NCBI RefSeq assembly: GCF_963853765.1 | Contig: NC_088855.1 | Span: 47,864,001-47,928,000, forward strand | Direction of reading: 5' to 3' | Source: Magallana gigas | Lineage: Eukaryota | Length of the DNA: 64,000 nucleotides | Shown here: in pieces, positions 1 to 21,752 of the stretch | Layout of the letters: every line of letters begins with the position of its first letter | Position numbering within the stretch: the stretch's first letter is position 1 | Translations under genes and position numbers: made by a program | The notes under the pieces: generated by a model | Told to the model about the DNA's origin: nothing | Database searches by the model: none | The model's input: only the letters and a program-made list of their open reading frames with translations

Positions 1-939
1 GCTGAGATTAACATTGTTTTAGTATGTTTGATAAAATTTTACTCGTAATAATGATGAATAAATAAATTCTATTAGGGTTAGTGTATGGTCCTTTGGAGAA
101 AGGTTCTGATATGTTGTAATATTCGGGTTTTTCCACCTGCTTATTATGCTATATATTCCTTCAAACCCTATTTCACTTCGAACAGACGCATTTTTTCCAA
201 TAATAATCATATTTGGTCAATAATTTAACTTTTTAAAAGAAACATTTAAGTCTCAGAACTCTTGTTAACCCCGAGCAGGATATACCTTTTTCTATTAGTA
301 CTCCTGTGCAGAAAACCTAAACAAAATTAAATCATTACTTAGCCTACTTCCTTTAATTGGTAATTGATCTGAACATTTTCAATTTTTAAGTTAATGGGTG
401 AATTACTTGCGGGATTATCATTTCTATCGACATTTATTTACAATTATAATTATCATATTTTTTTTATTTAGTTACACAATTTAACATTCTAAATATAGAC
501 CTACATATACTATTATCATAGAAAACCTTACAATCGCGCATGTACGTATAGTTTGCAATATGTAAAAGCTACTACTTTCTTTTTTTTTAAATTGGGACGT
601 TGATATTTAAGAATGTACGATGTAATTTCTGTATGGGTTTTTACGTTTCAAACACTTACTTTATGGATGATACGTAATGAGCAAATTTATTTACGATCAC
701 GCGCTTGCACCATAATCGTTTTAATGACAGACATTGAAAATAGCTTTGTGGACATATGAAATATAAGTGCATGTAAACATGTCTTAGCCAAAGAATCGAT
801 AAAATCATTTTGGTCAAGCATTTCAAAGCTAAAAAATACTAGTATTCAGGTTGATGTTAACATGATTTTGATATGATGGCCCTTTATGCGTTATTTTTCT
901 TTACACATCTGTATCATTTCAGCTAGTTCGTTTTAAAAC

Positions 940-2457
940 ATGGTGGCCTTAAAGGAACTCGTAAAAGCCCTCATCCTGCAACCTCTTTCTGTGGGGAATA
1001 CCCGGCAGTCAGGTGGACGCAGGATAACTGATGCCAATGTGTCGTCTGCTGTTCTCTTTGCTTGTCTATTGGCCATTATATTAGTCATGGTAGGCGTCTT
1101 CGGACCACTGTCTACCACCTACAATTTTGCAAAACATTTAATGTGGGGCCTAGCAATTGGTCTAATATTACTGAGCCTTATTTGCATAGTGTTTCTGACT
1201 GTGATGATTTTTCGAAATAAGGAGGATTGGGTTGACATCCGCTCTGAAAGCCCCGATCCGGCAACAAAAGTGAAGACAAAATTTCTCTGGTTATTTGGTT
1301 GTGGGATGATATTGCAAACTTCTCTTGTTTTCGCTATCAATATAGAGTGTCTAAGCGATGACACTTTGGTTGCTTATCATGGATTTAGTTTGATATCGTC
1401 ATTGCTGAAAGTGATATATGTAGTATGGCAAATGGGATTTGTGACATACCTTCAGAACTCGGTATTTGTCAGCAGGAAGATGGTGAACTATTCGGTAGCT
1501 GTGATGATTATCTGTAATTTGTCATTATGGGGCACTATCGTATCTCATGAAATCACCCATATAGTGTATAATGACACCAAACCGCAGACTTTTAACGATT
1601 CACTTGATCAGACGTGTTATTTGAATTCGGCAATTAACAAGTTCTCGGATAAAATCCAGCCATACCTGATTCCTGTTAGAATTGAATATCTGCTCCTATC
1701 ATCCTTATTTGTGTTCAGAATGTGGCCAACATTTCGGGTTGCTGAGCCGCTCAATTCGGATGTTGCTTCATCTTTGTCCTACAATCACGAGAGAGAACGA
1801 ATGACTTTCATTGGCGCGGCTGTGTCCGGATCAGTAACGAATCTTCCATTTTTTATTCAAACGTTGTTGTTGGCCACCGTATATCGGGGACAGCAGAGCT
1901 TCGGATTTGAAGTTTGGCAGATCATTGTCTCCATTCATAACATTATCAATCTGATTCTTATTTTCGTATGCTTTTATCTATTACGGAAAACAGCGCACGT
2001 GAAGACTTACATATGGCAACCGGGTGCTTCCGAATACATATTGCTTCTGACTAATACAGGTCAGGTTGCTGACGATGCCTTCGGTGTAATTGCTGCTAGC
2101 GGTTGCTACTGTAGCCCAGACAGAACTGTTCAAATGGCTGAAGTTTCATCCATTCTTCAAGCCTTCTTTCAGACAATTTTCATCTTGAATTCACTACGTT
2201 ACGAACAAATAACAGTGAACTTGTCCTCACGGATCTTGCGATTTATTTTGATCTACCTCTTTATATCTAACCTTAGTTTCTGGTTCACAGCAACATTTAT
2301 CGGGCTTGATGGAAAAGTCATTTCAGAGGGCCAAAATGTAATGTTCAAGGATAAAAAGACTTGGGGAGTTCTGCAAGTCATAGTGCATCCCCTGTTTATG
2401 TTCTTCCGTTTCCATTCAGCGATGTATTTATACACCCTTTTTCATAGATTTTCATAG
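940..2457 (+). CDS. Otopetrin-family proton channel (OTOP-like), 505 aa, single coding exon
   Basis: About 12 hydrophobic segments. Otopetrin-type motifs: WQMGF (Gln), CNLSLW (Asn), RIEYLLLS (the IEY motif), FIxNLSFW and FFRFHS (the FYRxHS motif). ATG is in an aacATGg context, and the catttcag acceptor at 921-922 implies a 5'UTR intron. Family-level call only. Confidence 0.88.
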   Translation: MVALKELVKALILQPLSVGNTRQSGGRRITDANVSSAVLFACLLAIILVMVGVFGPLSTTYNFAKHLMWGLAIGLILLSLICIVFLTVMIFRNKEDWVDIRSESPDPATKVKTKFLWLFGCGMILQTSLVFAINIECLSDDTLVAYHGFSLISSLLKVIYVVWQMGFVTYLQNSVFVSRKMVNYSVAVMIICNLSLWGTIVSHEITHIVYNDTKPQTFNDSLDQTCYLNSAINKFSDKIQPYLIPVRIEYLLLSSLFVFRMWPTFRVAEPLNSDVASSLSYNHERERMTFIGAAVSGSVTNLPFFIQTLLLATVYRGQQSFGFEVWQIIVSIHNIINLILIFVCFYLLRKTAHVKTYIWQPGASEYILLLTNTGQVADDAFGVIAASGCYCSPDRTVQMAEVSSILQAFFQTIFILNSLRYEQITVNLSSRILRFILIYLFISNLSFWFTATFIGLDGKVISEGQNVMFKDKKTWGVLQVIVHPLFMFFRFHSAMYLYTLFHRFS

Positions 2458-4869
2458 ATGAGTATCAAGTAATTTGAAAGAATTTTACCAAACCGATTTT
2501 CGTACAAGTACATGTAATTACTATCATGATGGGTTTTTTTTCAGGGAACAAATGAACAAAGATTTTTTCTATATCAAGGTATTGGGAAACTTGTTATTGT
2601 AGAGCTTAATATTAGTGTTTTATATCACTTTAAAACAATTAAAATGGATTTTCAATAAACTGCTTACTACTTATATATACGTGTATTTCATTTTCCTTTT
2701 GGTGTTTATATTCTGTACATTTCCTTGTGTAGACGAAAATTAATATGCGATCACATGGTCACATCCCGAACTACTACAAGAAGGAAATAAATAATTGATT
2801 CGAAAATATGTTATGAATGGCTTTTGGAAAGTCGGGGGTGTGCAGAAAAACATGTGTTATTGTATATTATCTTGTACTGTACGGGGATTTTGATAATGCA
2901 GTAAAACATTGAGAATATACCGACATTACTAGGAATATCACCAAAGAGGGTTTGTAAAACTTTTTTTAAATTATGTTACTATACTTTGTCCCAAGATAAC
3001 TTGATATTTATAAAGACCTTAGGGTTCAAATGATGCTCATATTCTAAAGTTCAATTCAATTCAATGTCTACGGGGATTTTGTATCGCGGCAAGCCCGGAT
3101 GATAACGTTGAAAAGTTAAGCGAGGTATTCCGAATGGAGAAAAGATGTAAACATTCCCCATTATAAATGTCCTGCATAAATGTCTTGGTACAGACTATAA
3201 CAGATGTATTGGACAACAGGCAGAGGCCATGTTAGCCATCTCCCTACATGCAGTGTACGATGTCATATTAATTAGAAATACTTTTAATGACACTCTCTAA
3301 TGAAGATATAATTAGGAGGCTGTTTAATTTTACTACATAGTATTTTTTGTTAAAAAGTCCGATTTGTTTTTTGTTTTTTTTTTGCGTAAAAACTACAATA
3401 CCAAAACTCTTTGATTTTTTAAGAATATGTAATTTACACTAACTCTACTGCATTAGTATATTTGCGTAGTTTCAAGAAAATCTACCATCTGGTTCTTTTT
3501 AGGGGCTATCTCAAAATATAGGCACATTTACTATAGGGATTTATAGATAATCGACATTTTTGGCACTTCGAAGCAAGTTAAAAAATATTACAATAGCGAT
3601 TTTACTCAAATTGTAATACATGTATGTGAATAGTAATATCATTTTACCGGTATGTAAAAAATACTAAATTTTATTGTCTGGTAAAGGGGGTCATATCAAA
3701 ATATCAAAATACACGAAATGTTGACCTATTTTTGGAGTTTAACAAGTGAAGATTGAAATAATGGAATCATGTTAAAAATTTAAAAAAATGTTCTGAGGAT
3801 ATTATTTTGTGTGCAAAATTTTAAAGGCGTAATTTTTTTTACTTATTTTTATTTTATTTCTTATAACGTAAACTTACAAAGCTTCTTTTGAATATCATAA
3901 CGTCATAAAAGCACAATGGCAACGCTCACCTACCAAACAATGAAAAAAATCCTTTAAAATCAAAATGTTCCTTTAAAAATGTACATATATGTATTTGTAT
4001 TTTGTTTATTGTGATAATTTAATAATGGAATCAAAACAAGTCATGCTCTGTATTTTACCAGAATGCGCAAAAACATGCCTAATGACTACTAAAGTCGGTC
4101 TCTTTAAGTGTTTTCAAAGTTTGAACCTTCTGAATAAAGGGGGTGGGGGTGGGGGGGGGGGGGGGGGGGTTACCCACTTTTCTTAAAATTTGAAAAGCGT
4201 CCTGTTTCTTAATGTATAAGAATTGCTTGATTAGTCCTGTACACCATTGATATACCATTCACGTTTTGAATCATAAAAGTTTATCTATTTTTTACAATCT
4301 TCTTGGAGGTTCCATTAGGCTAGCCTTGAAAATTATATCATGCGCAGTTCCCCTATAAAGGGAACACTTTGATGCTTATTTTAGTGATGTGGAACACGTA
4401 CACACACTATGTACTTGTTTTATTTATTTATTCATTTATCTATTATTTGTTTTCATTAGTTAATTCTTTAAGGGTAATTTAACGATAAGTTAATGAGACA
4501 TATATAGCAATAATATAAATTTTTTTCGAGATAAATGCGATTTGTTGATGTTGGAATGATTTTTATTTTGACATTGTACACCAATAATTTGATAAATTGT
4601 TTTAATTTCAAAAAATGTCGTGATGATGCATGTCTAAAATCATTATCCCTCAAGGTGTTTGAAGTTATTTGGTGTCCTTTGTTTGAAATGGTTTTACCGA
4701 GTTCCTCAAATGAATGACCTCCAGACTATACGTAGATCGTTCATTTCAGTTCGGTTGTGTGAGTTTGATAAGAGGGATAAAAATAGACAGTTAACATATT
4801 TTATTAAGTCATATTGTACGCTTTATTTATTTATTTTTTGTTGTTGATAGTGTTGATAAACAAAGAATA

Positions 4870-13530
<8,661 letters not shown>

Positions 13531-13610
13531 AAAGAGCTAGGTCACAAAACAAATTTGACATATATCTTTATCATGGTCTTCAACAAACTTTGATTTTCAT
13601 TAGGTATTGT

Positions 13611-13613
<3 letters not shown>

Positions 13614-13676
<63 letters not shown>
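13614..13676. repeat. (TA)n microsatellite
   Basis: Perfect TA run. Confidence 0.95.
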
Positions 13677-13679
<3 letters not shown>

Positions 13680-14249
13680 GAGTGAGAAAATGCACATAAA
13701 AAAATTAATAAATTACTTAAACTTTGATTTGTTTTGATAATTACATGTACCAAAAACATCAACAACAAAACTTTTTTAAAAAGCCCTTTTTGTGTTTTGA
13801 TATTAAAAAAGATTAAGATACTTTGTAATTTTACAGTAATCAAAACCAGTTTAGATTTTTCATTCCTGCCTGCTCCTCTTAATATCCATTCAATTGCCTT
13901 TTGATTCCAATTTTTAAAAATAGGTGAGAAAAACAATTCAGAAAAAATTCGAGCACAGTATATATATAAAAAAAGAACAGACAAAAAAATCTGGTTCATA
14001 TACAGAGCCCAGTAACGTGTCACGTGTAATTCCCCACGCTTCATCAAATAGTTATAATTACACGCCAAAGCGCGTTTACCACCATACTCCCATTTTTGCT
14101 ATTCAGGGCTGGTTTTTCGAAAAAGAAAGTGAGTTTTTAATTAATTTCACAGTAATTACTAATCAAGTAAAATCAACTACAGTTTAAGGAAATCATCTCC
14201 CATGTTTTGAAATACCAAAGAAGTAAGCAGTTAATTTGGTTAATTTCGT

Positions 14250-14425
14250 ATGTGCAGATCTAGAGGGGGTGGGGAAGGGTCCGGAAAGGTTTCCTTAAAT
14301 AATTAAAATATTTTTAATTAACATAGTAAATTTACATAGTAAGATTACCGCATATATGCCTCGGACCGCCTTTTTGAAAATTTAGATATCCCTGGGAACA
14401 CCACCCCTCCCCAATGGATCCGCAA
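14250..14425. mobile_element. Short MITE-like repeat
   Basis: Starts tgtgcagatctagagggggtgggg and ends ccctccccaatggatccgca, giving imperfect inverted ends. Confidence 0.35.
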
Positions 14426-14559
14426 AATCTTGTGGCGACAACATCTCTTTTATTTTAGATCAAGACATGGAATACTCACTACTAGTAGTTAGTATTTATA
14501 GTCTTATTTCACTTTAAATGTCCGTTCTACAAATTTGAATGCCTTTCAACCCATCGACC

Positions 14560-16200
14560 CCCTCGAATTCACACCATTAGTGGTGCTGGCGGATGGGGGT
14601 GTTTTGGTTATGAATGAGACGTAAGCTATATAAAAGAAGAACCATAACATGTGGGAGTTATAGCTTGTAATTATTTGCATTGAAATTCTTTAACTTTTTT
14701 TCCAGGATAATATTTATCATAATTTAATATACATTGGGTTGTTCCGTATTTAAAAAAAAATAAAGATAGGCATAACAGGTATTTTCTCTGACTAGCAGCA
14801 GGGTTGGTTTGATTCTACTTTTGTATTTTAAAAGATGACAGATTTAGCTTAATTATCAAATGAATGACAGGCTTTGATAAAAATAATGTTTCCCTCTCAA
14901 TATTTTTGATGCCTTTTGGACATTACCTTGTATTCTTATATCAAATTATAAATTGTCCAATGCAGAAAAAGAAAGGAACTCGAGGTCACAATAGATTGAT
15001 TATGACAGAAAGAATGACAAATATGAAATAGAAAATATGCAAACTTAACGACGTCAAAAACTCGTTCTCACTCCATTATGATGAGACAAGGAGATAAAAC
15101 GGTCTAAAACACCATATAAACAGAGTAAATGTAGAATCGACTTTTTACAGCCTGTGTATGAACCATTATTGACATGTTTGAGTGTAATGGGTAAGATACT
15201 TGTTTGTCTTACAATAAAAGTGAAAACTTACCTAAAAACGGAAGGACGAGCTATGAACATAACTATCTTAGTCGACTACTGACTAGAGACGTGCTATGAC
15301 GTAATGTGACAATGCGTCAATTTGGTCTACTTGTACATACCTACTGATTTCAGGAAACATCAGCTACATGTATCTACAAACAAAACGAATTGTATGTAAT
15401 CTGGTCAGTAAAAACGCGTTTTTACACTTTTCTTATGGTTTGCAGTTTGTTTTCAGTCCTAGGTTTGGTTTTTGCGTTATAAACTTTAATACTGATACAT
15501 TTTATGCATGCAATACCTTGATAAGATAAAACAAAACCCAAAACAATTCTACCGTTTTAAATAAAAAAAAAAGTAATACATTAAAAATAAGCAACTATTT
15601 TCAATTCGCAATATAACACTTTTAAAAAATGATACTATACTAGATACAAGTATGTTTGTATAGTTTGTATAACTCACCCTTTGGATTCAGTAAAAAGCCC
15701 ACCGAAACCGATTGGATAGACTCTGAATGAACGTTTTGTACATTCTGGTCTGACTGAGTTTATTCTTTTCTTTTTGCTCGAAAAGCAGTTGTATCTCTTT
15801 CTCTTCTCTTATATTTTATGACAGCATATTGATTCATTTAAAGTTTGTGTTATCAAAAAATAAAGGGTTATACGCACGTCCGCCTCTTATTTTTTAAAGA
15901 AGAATGGAGAAAAAGGAATGGTCTCTCAAAAATCAAAAGCAATTGTTTTTTAAACACCCTTAAGCTTGCATTAAAGATTGTATGAAATATAAAAAAGGTA
16001 AATAAAATCAATTTTAGCAAAATCTTTTTTAATATTTGGTGATTTCGTCTCAAAAGTGTCGTTCTGCTTTAAATACATATAATGAATGCTAATTATGTAC
16101 AGAATACAATATGAAATAACCAAAAACATTATATTTACATATATAAACTTTAAATTAGGATCAACAAGCCAAGCTTACATGTTAGAAAACCATCGCAAGT
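14560..16200 (-). pseudogene. Internally deleted relic of a PAN-domain gene paralog
   Basis: 14560-15440 aligns by eye with 18110-18980, and 15650-16200 with 21660-22180. The signal-peptide exon copy (15743-15678, donor gtgagt) has ATG changed to ACG and a 1-nt deletion. No PAN exons remain between the two blocks. Confidence 0.6.
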
Positions 16201-16340
16201 TTTTTTCATAGCGCATGCGTAAACAGCCGATAGCAGAATGCGTAACGTCGATGTTGTAATGAGGTGATAGTGAACTAAAGAAACTAAATATTGAATAAAA
16301 GAACACTTGTCAAGACGATGAAGCATGTTTAGGTTAATAA

Positions 16341-17091
16341 TTTTTATTATAATCCCCGCAAACAAAGTTTGGGGGGGGGGGGGTATATAGGAATCACTTT
16401 GTCCGTCCGTCTGTCTGTGCAATCGTGTCCGGTCCATATCTTTCTTATGGAGAAACATTGGAAGTTCTTACTTCACACAATGATTGCTTATGACATAAGG
16501 AAGTGTCATGACCTTGACCCAAGGTCATTCGGGCAAGGTCAAGGTCACTGGCAGAAAAAATACAAAAATCGTGTCCGGTCCATATCTTTCTTATAAAGAA
16601 TTATTTGAAGTTCTAACTTCACACAAAGATTGCTTATGACCTAAGGGTGTGTCATGATCTTGACCCAAGGTCATTCAGGCAAGGTCAAGGTCACTGGTAG
16701 AAAAAATACAAAATTCGTGTCCGGTCCATATCTTTGTTATGGAGAAACATTGGAAGTTCTTAATTCACACAAAGATTGCTTATGACCGAAGTGTGTGTCA
16801 TGACCTTGATCCAAAGTCATTTGGGCAAGGTCAAGGTCGTTGGGAAAAAATAATGCAAAATTCGTGTCCGGTCCATATCTTTCTTATGGAGAAGCATTGA
16901 ATGTTCTTACTTCACACAAATATAGCTTATGACCAACAGTTTTAAAAAAAATAGAGCAGTTGTTATTTATAGAAAAATGGACGGTGAAATTGATTCATCC
17001 AATATTTTCTATAATTGGAAAAATACACGCATTATGATTTTTATCTTAGCGGGGGGTATCAATTGTGAGCTTGCTCACAGTACCTCTAGTT
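16341..17091 (+). mobile_element. Non-autonomous Helentron (HINE) carrying a ~146-bp tandem array (~3.5 copies)
   Basis: 5' T-run plus ccccgc, then a GTCC/GTCT microsatellite. The unit cgtgtccggtccatatctttc recurs at 16424, 16570, 16716 and 16863. The 3' end has gcgggg, hairpin tgtgagc-tt-gctcaca and terminal ctagtt. Confidence 0.75.
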
Positions 17092-17480
17092 TTGCATTGG
17101 TCCTTTTAGTCCACATTACGACAAAAAAGCATGCGCAAAGACATAGTTCGAAATCCCCGCACATTTGCCGTTTTGCACAAACAACAGTAGAAGATGGTGT
17201 TATTCTGTAGGATTGAACTTAAATTAAACTCTGTTTAGAATACTACCTGTACGTTGTAATCGCGGCATATTGGTTCGCTTTGTTCTATTTTGGTAAAAAG
17301 CAACTCTATGGTTGTAACAAAATTGTTGATTTTAGTTCTGTTATTAAAAAAGGTGCATTTTAAATTTTTCAAAACAAAACCTTTAAAATTCTAATTATTG
17401 AATTGTTCCGGAATTTTTTTCTAATAAAAAAGGTTCTGTCGCCGGGAAAGACTCAATCTTACACCGACAACGCTTCCCTA

Positions 17481-18015
17481 TCTATACTACTATATTAAAA
17501 TACTAGTAATAGACTCGAATTTTTGGGCTTTAATACCGAGAAATCGGAAGAGTACTGTCTTTTGTTTTATATATATTTTAATATCATTGGTATTTGGAGA
17601 TTACCAATTAGTTTTTATTTTTTCTCAATCAGGCTACGCTAATCAATAATCAACAAAATACCTGTAAAAAATCCGAAAATCGTCTTAATGTTTTGGATTT
17701 TACAATCTTGCGCATGCGCATTACATTCACACGTCATCACGGGATGCTCTTTAGTTTAATATGTTTTCACAATATCACATTTGCATGGATAAACTAAAAT
17801 CCATAATACAAATTCGTGAAAATTTTCATTACAAATTTGCTATATATTCTGTTTATGAAAGAAAATACGGGAGATTACTCTAACTCAGTGCGTTTAATAT
17901 GAAAAATTCCGAGAGTTCTGAATGTCAACATGGTGTGCAAATTTGATGTATCTATTTCGTAAATCCCCGACATAATATGCAATGTCAACCCGTGCACGCA
18001 CGGGTCAAAGTCTAG
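17481..18015 (+). mobile_element. Non-autonomous Helitron
   Basis: A|TCtatactactatattaaaa ... hairpin acccgtgc-ac-gcacgggt ... tCTAG|T. This gives a 5' TC, a 3' CTAG with subterminal hairpin, and insertion between A and T. Confidence 0.75.
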
Positions 18016-19101
18016 TTATTTTAAATAAAGTATTCAAGATGTGGAATATGCATAATTAGTGTATTTAGATTTTAATTTCACTTTTGAAAGGCCGTTTTAT
18101 CTTGATTTTTGTCCATCCACTTCCCCCATTCTGACTCTTCAGTGGTGCTGGTAGGTGCGGCGTAAACTGTATAAAAGAAGAAACATACTACATTGTATGT
18201 GGGAGTCGTAGCTTGAAATCACTTTCATTATTTGTTAAATTTCTTTAATATTCTTCTTTAAAAAATTGTTTTATTTTTCTCCTTAAAAAATAGAAGATAT
18301 ACGTAATAGGGAAAATTTGACTTGAAGCAGGTTGATTTGGTTACTCCTATTGCACATTAAAGATGACGGATTTTCCTTTATCATTAAAACGACGATATGC
18401 TTTGATATAAATATGTTTCCCCCAGGATATGTTGAAACCCGTTGGGCATATCTTTGTATTCTCAAATCAGATAATGAATTGTCCAATGAAGAACTTGTGA
18501 GATGAAATTAACTGAGACAGCAATAGGTTTATTGTGACAGAAAGAAGGACAACTATGAAACAGATAATATGCAAACTTTACCTCATATGTCAAGATATCG
18601 TTCAAAATTCATTCTGATGAGACAATGAAATAAAACGGTCTAAAACACCATATAAACAGAGAAGATGTCGAATCAACCTTCTACATTCTGTGTGTGTATT
18701 AACCATTATATTTGAAAGTAAACAATGCTTCAGTTTCCGAAATTGGTGGGAGACTTATTTGTTCTGCACTTGTCTTAAACAAGAAGGACGAGCTATGAAC
18801 ATAACCATCTTACTCAACTTCTGACTAGAAACGTTCTATGACGTAATGTGATCACGTTTCAATGCGATGTACTTGTACATACCGACTGATTTCAGTATAT
18901 ATCAGCTATCTAGCAGCACACCCGATCTTTATGAGATCTGGTCAGAGCACTTTTGCACTGTTCCTATGCTTTTCAGCAAAATGAAATAAGATAATGGTCT
19001 TTGGAATGTTGGTTGTAATCTGGTCTTGATATACAAAGACTACAGACGCGACAAAGACGAGATTGACAAATCGAGAACTTTTTTGAAACTGATTTACATA
19101 A

Positions 19102-19278
19102 AGGAATAGAGGCCGGCCAAAGGAGACTTGGCGAAGAACTGCCCTGAAAGACCTTGAAAGCAGAGGCCTGACCATTGAGACAGCACCTGGAGTAGCTGCA
19201 GACCGAGCCAGGTGGAAATCCCTTGTAGATGCCTCAAGCACCTGACGGCGCAGAGAGGATTGAACATGAACATGAACA
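19102..19278 (+). mobile_element. 5'-truncated RTE-like LINE (ORF2 C-terminus and tail)
   Basis: Translates RNRGRPKETWRRTALKDLESRGLTIETAPGVAADRARWKSLVDASST*, matching the GRPKxTW...DRxxW C-terminus of RTE-clade ORF2. It ends in a (TGAACA)3 tail. Confidence 0.75.
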
Positions 19279-19295
19279 CTTGACATGAAGCTTAC

Positions 19296-21752
19296 ACCAT
19301 GATAGACGATGCCGATCTTAGCTACATATATATTATTTGACCCATGACGTTTTACATTGATTGAAAAAGGTACTAATTTCTAAGTTCGCATGGTGTATAT
19401 ACATCGAAATAAAACTCACAGTTGCTTCGATAATACTGTGAACCATCGTCTTCACGAAACGATTCAATTGTGCTGGAGATTTCAGAATAACCCTACAATA
19501 TATTCATTACATTTATGTTAACATAATATGAGAGAGAGAGAGAGAGAGTGAGAGAGTAAGAGTAATACCTGACAGTTTCCCGAGATCCAGTTATATGTAA
19601 ACGACAGACAGGAGAAGGCTGTACACTCTTTAGCACACTCTCCAAGATCAGCCAGTCTTTCGTCAAACAAAACGTCGTCAGTGCCGTTATTTGTTATCAC
19701 GGAAAGTCCTACGTATTCAGGGGATGACGAGAAATGCAACATTGAGTATTCAGTTATACTTTATACTTGTGATCTACCCGAAAATGGCCTTCAGTATTAA
19801 TACTACGCCATTGATTGAGGTCAGGAAACGAAGGTAGCCATATATTTGGTTGAAATATCAAGGCATAAATATTTTTAACCATAAAAAATGAATACCCTTT
19901 CCTTGAGATTTTTAAAAGTTTACTTCATTGATAAAAGTAAATCATTAATTGTCAGACTCATGATAAATGACTGCCGTAGGTTGTTGATACTTAAACAATA
20001 AATAAAGGAAAAGCAAGAGTGAAAGGAATCTTAATTGACATTATTTTTCTAATTATACAGACAGTAAATTATACATAATTGTCAAAAGTATTTCTCGAGA
20101 TACTGTTCATTTATTCATTCTTTATTTCTTAAAAGAGGCATGGTCACAATTTTGGTCAAGAATTATTTTTCCGAATTTAATGTTACAAGCGAGTTACAGA
20201 GCTCACATTTCTTTACTGTGTAAACAATGCTTTTGTTTACATTTTGAATGTGGAAGTGAAAAGTCCAATTTTAGACCTTAAATGTTTATTTATGTTCAAG
20301 ATAATAAGAAGATAGACAAATCAGCTTGAAAAAGATTTTTTACTGGTATATTGAACCTAGGGCACGAGCCTTGTTACATAACAAAAAATTGTGAGCTCTG
20401 TATCTTGCATATAAATTAATGACTGACTCTCAAATTTCATTCATTAGAAATTTATAACTAATGCATTGTAAATGATAAAAACAGAAAAATAGAATTTGAC
20501 CAAAATCGTGACCATGCCGTTTTAAGCTTTGCGGCTCATCAGATTATACAAATTAAACATAGTTAAGTACAAGTGAGTGTTTTACAGGAGACCATAGTAC
20601 ATACATAAATATGAAAAATGACATTAGTAAAGAGAAAAAGAATCAAAGGAAGCTCATTTTTGATGAGAACTTATAAATCAATGGTACGTATATAAATCAA
20701 AGCTTTTTCGACAGAGGATGCTTTTATCATCATTTTAAAAAAAAATTCATCAAATTTTATTATTAATTGTATTAATTAAAGGCCCTTTGATATAAAATCC
20801 TTATGTTAACAATACATTTGAGTCTGTAAAAGACGAATTATAAGCATGATTTTCTTACAAAACATAAACAAAAAAAAATATAATTCTTTAAAACCAAGAG
20901 AATTTACATTAATACTTTCAAATATTTAAGTATGGATTTTTGAAATTCAATGTGAATTCAATTTTGGCAAATGAGAAGAGAAATATTATTTAGAAACATA
21001 TTACTTTAATGTTTATTCTATTGAAAGTTAAAATCAGATTAATTTGATTTTTTTTACAGCTTATCACAAAATCGGCATACCGCAAACACTCGATTTTAAC
21101 AATAATGATGAGAAAATATGCAAAAATTTGGCATAAAATTCCTAGATTAAAATTGTTGGTAATTCATTTCGTTTTATGGTAAGAAATAATCATGTTCAAG
21201 TATAAACCATCTCCAATAGTCATGCTAATGGTTTTCCAACCAAAATATATCTGAAAACCTAAGAATTTACCTGGGTGTTTATAAAAAGAGAAGAAACAAT
21301 ATAGGAAAGAATGTTTGTCTGTAAGTGAAATTGAAAAAAAACCTGAAATTGCTTACTTGTGTCATATAAGCAGCTAATTTAATTCTTAAATAAAAAGGGG
21401 CGTGCGATGTTTACTACATCTCTTTATAATGTTGTTCTATCGCAAACTAAATAACAAAAGTACAGAAAAGTAGATCGTGTTTGATATCTAATTTAAATTA
21501 GATAAAAAAATATTTCAAAATATTAGAATAAAGATAAAACAATACATTTGAGAATATGTACTTACTTTGTTTAAACAAGAATTTAAGACTATTTCAACGA
21601 ATTGGAAAGGAAATTTTTAAAAAGATTCTGCTATTCTTAAATCATAATTTTACAAATCTCAGTGAAACCTGTTTATATAGTTTGTATAGCTCACCAGTCG
21701 GATCAAGTAAGATCCCCAACAAAACCAACATGAATGGACTATGGAGGAACAT
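19296..21752 (-). CDS. Secreted PAN/apple-domain protein, paralog 3 (possibly defective; 3' end unresolved)
   Basis: Signal exon 21752-21695 (MFLHSPFMLVLLGILLDPT, phase-1 donor gtgagc). PAN exon ~19758-19569 (GECAKECTAFSCLSFTYNWISGNCQ, donor gtatta). Second exon 19492-19420 (GYSEISSTIESFREDDGSQYYRSN). Candidate next exon 19321-19296. The only open AG before the PAN exon is phase 2. Confidence 0.6.
20129..20525. mobile_element. TTAA-flanked MITE, family C copy 1 (reversed, internally deleted)
   Basis: ttaa-aagaggcatggtcacaattttggtca ... tgaccaaaatcgtgaccatgccgtt-ttaa. The interior matches 43069-43556 and 51042-51517. Confidence 0.75.

Noticed and set aside
13580-14187. ORFs spanning microsatellites or poly-G (also 3989-4186, 25622-25924, 53273-53512, 56687-56936)
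   Set aside because: They are kept open by dinucleotide or homopolymer runs and show no protein motifs.
16369-16596. ORFs at 16369-16596, 37420-37653 and 49818-50000
   Set aside because: They are chance frames through Helentron tandem units.
18942-19286. 114-aa minus ORF as an independent gene
   Set aside because: It is mostly the antisense reading of the RTE-like LINE fragment.
21270-21380. Candidate 17-nt and 48-nt exons in the PAN paralog 3 intron
   Set aside because: Neither converts phase 1 to phase 2, and neither has a counterpart in paralogs 1 or 2.
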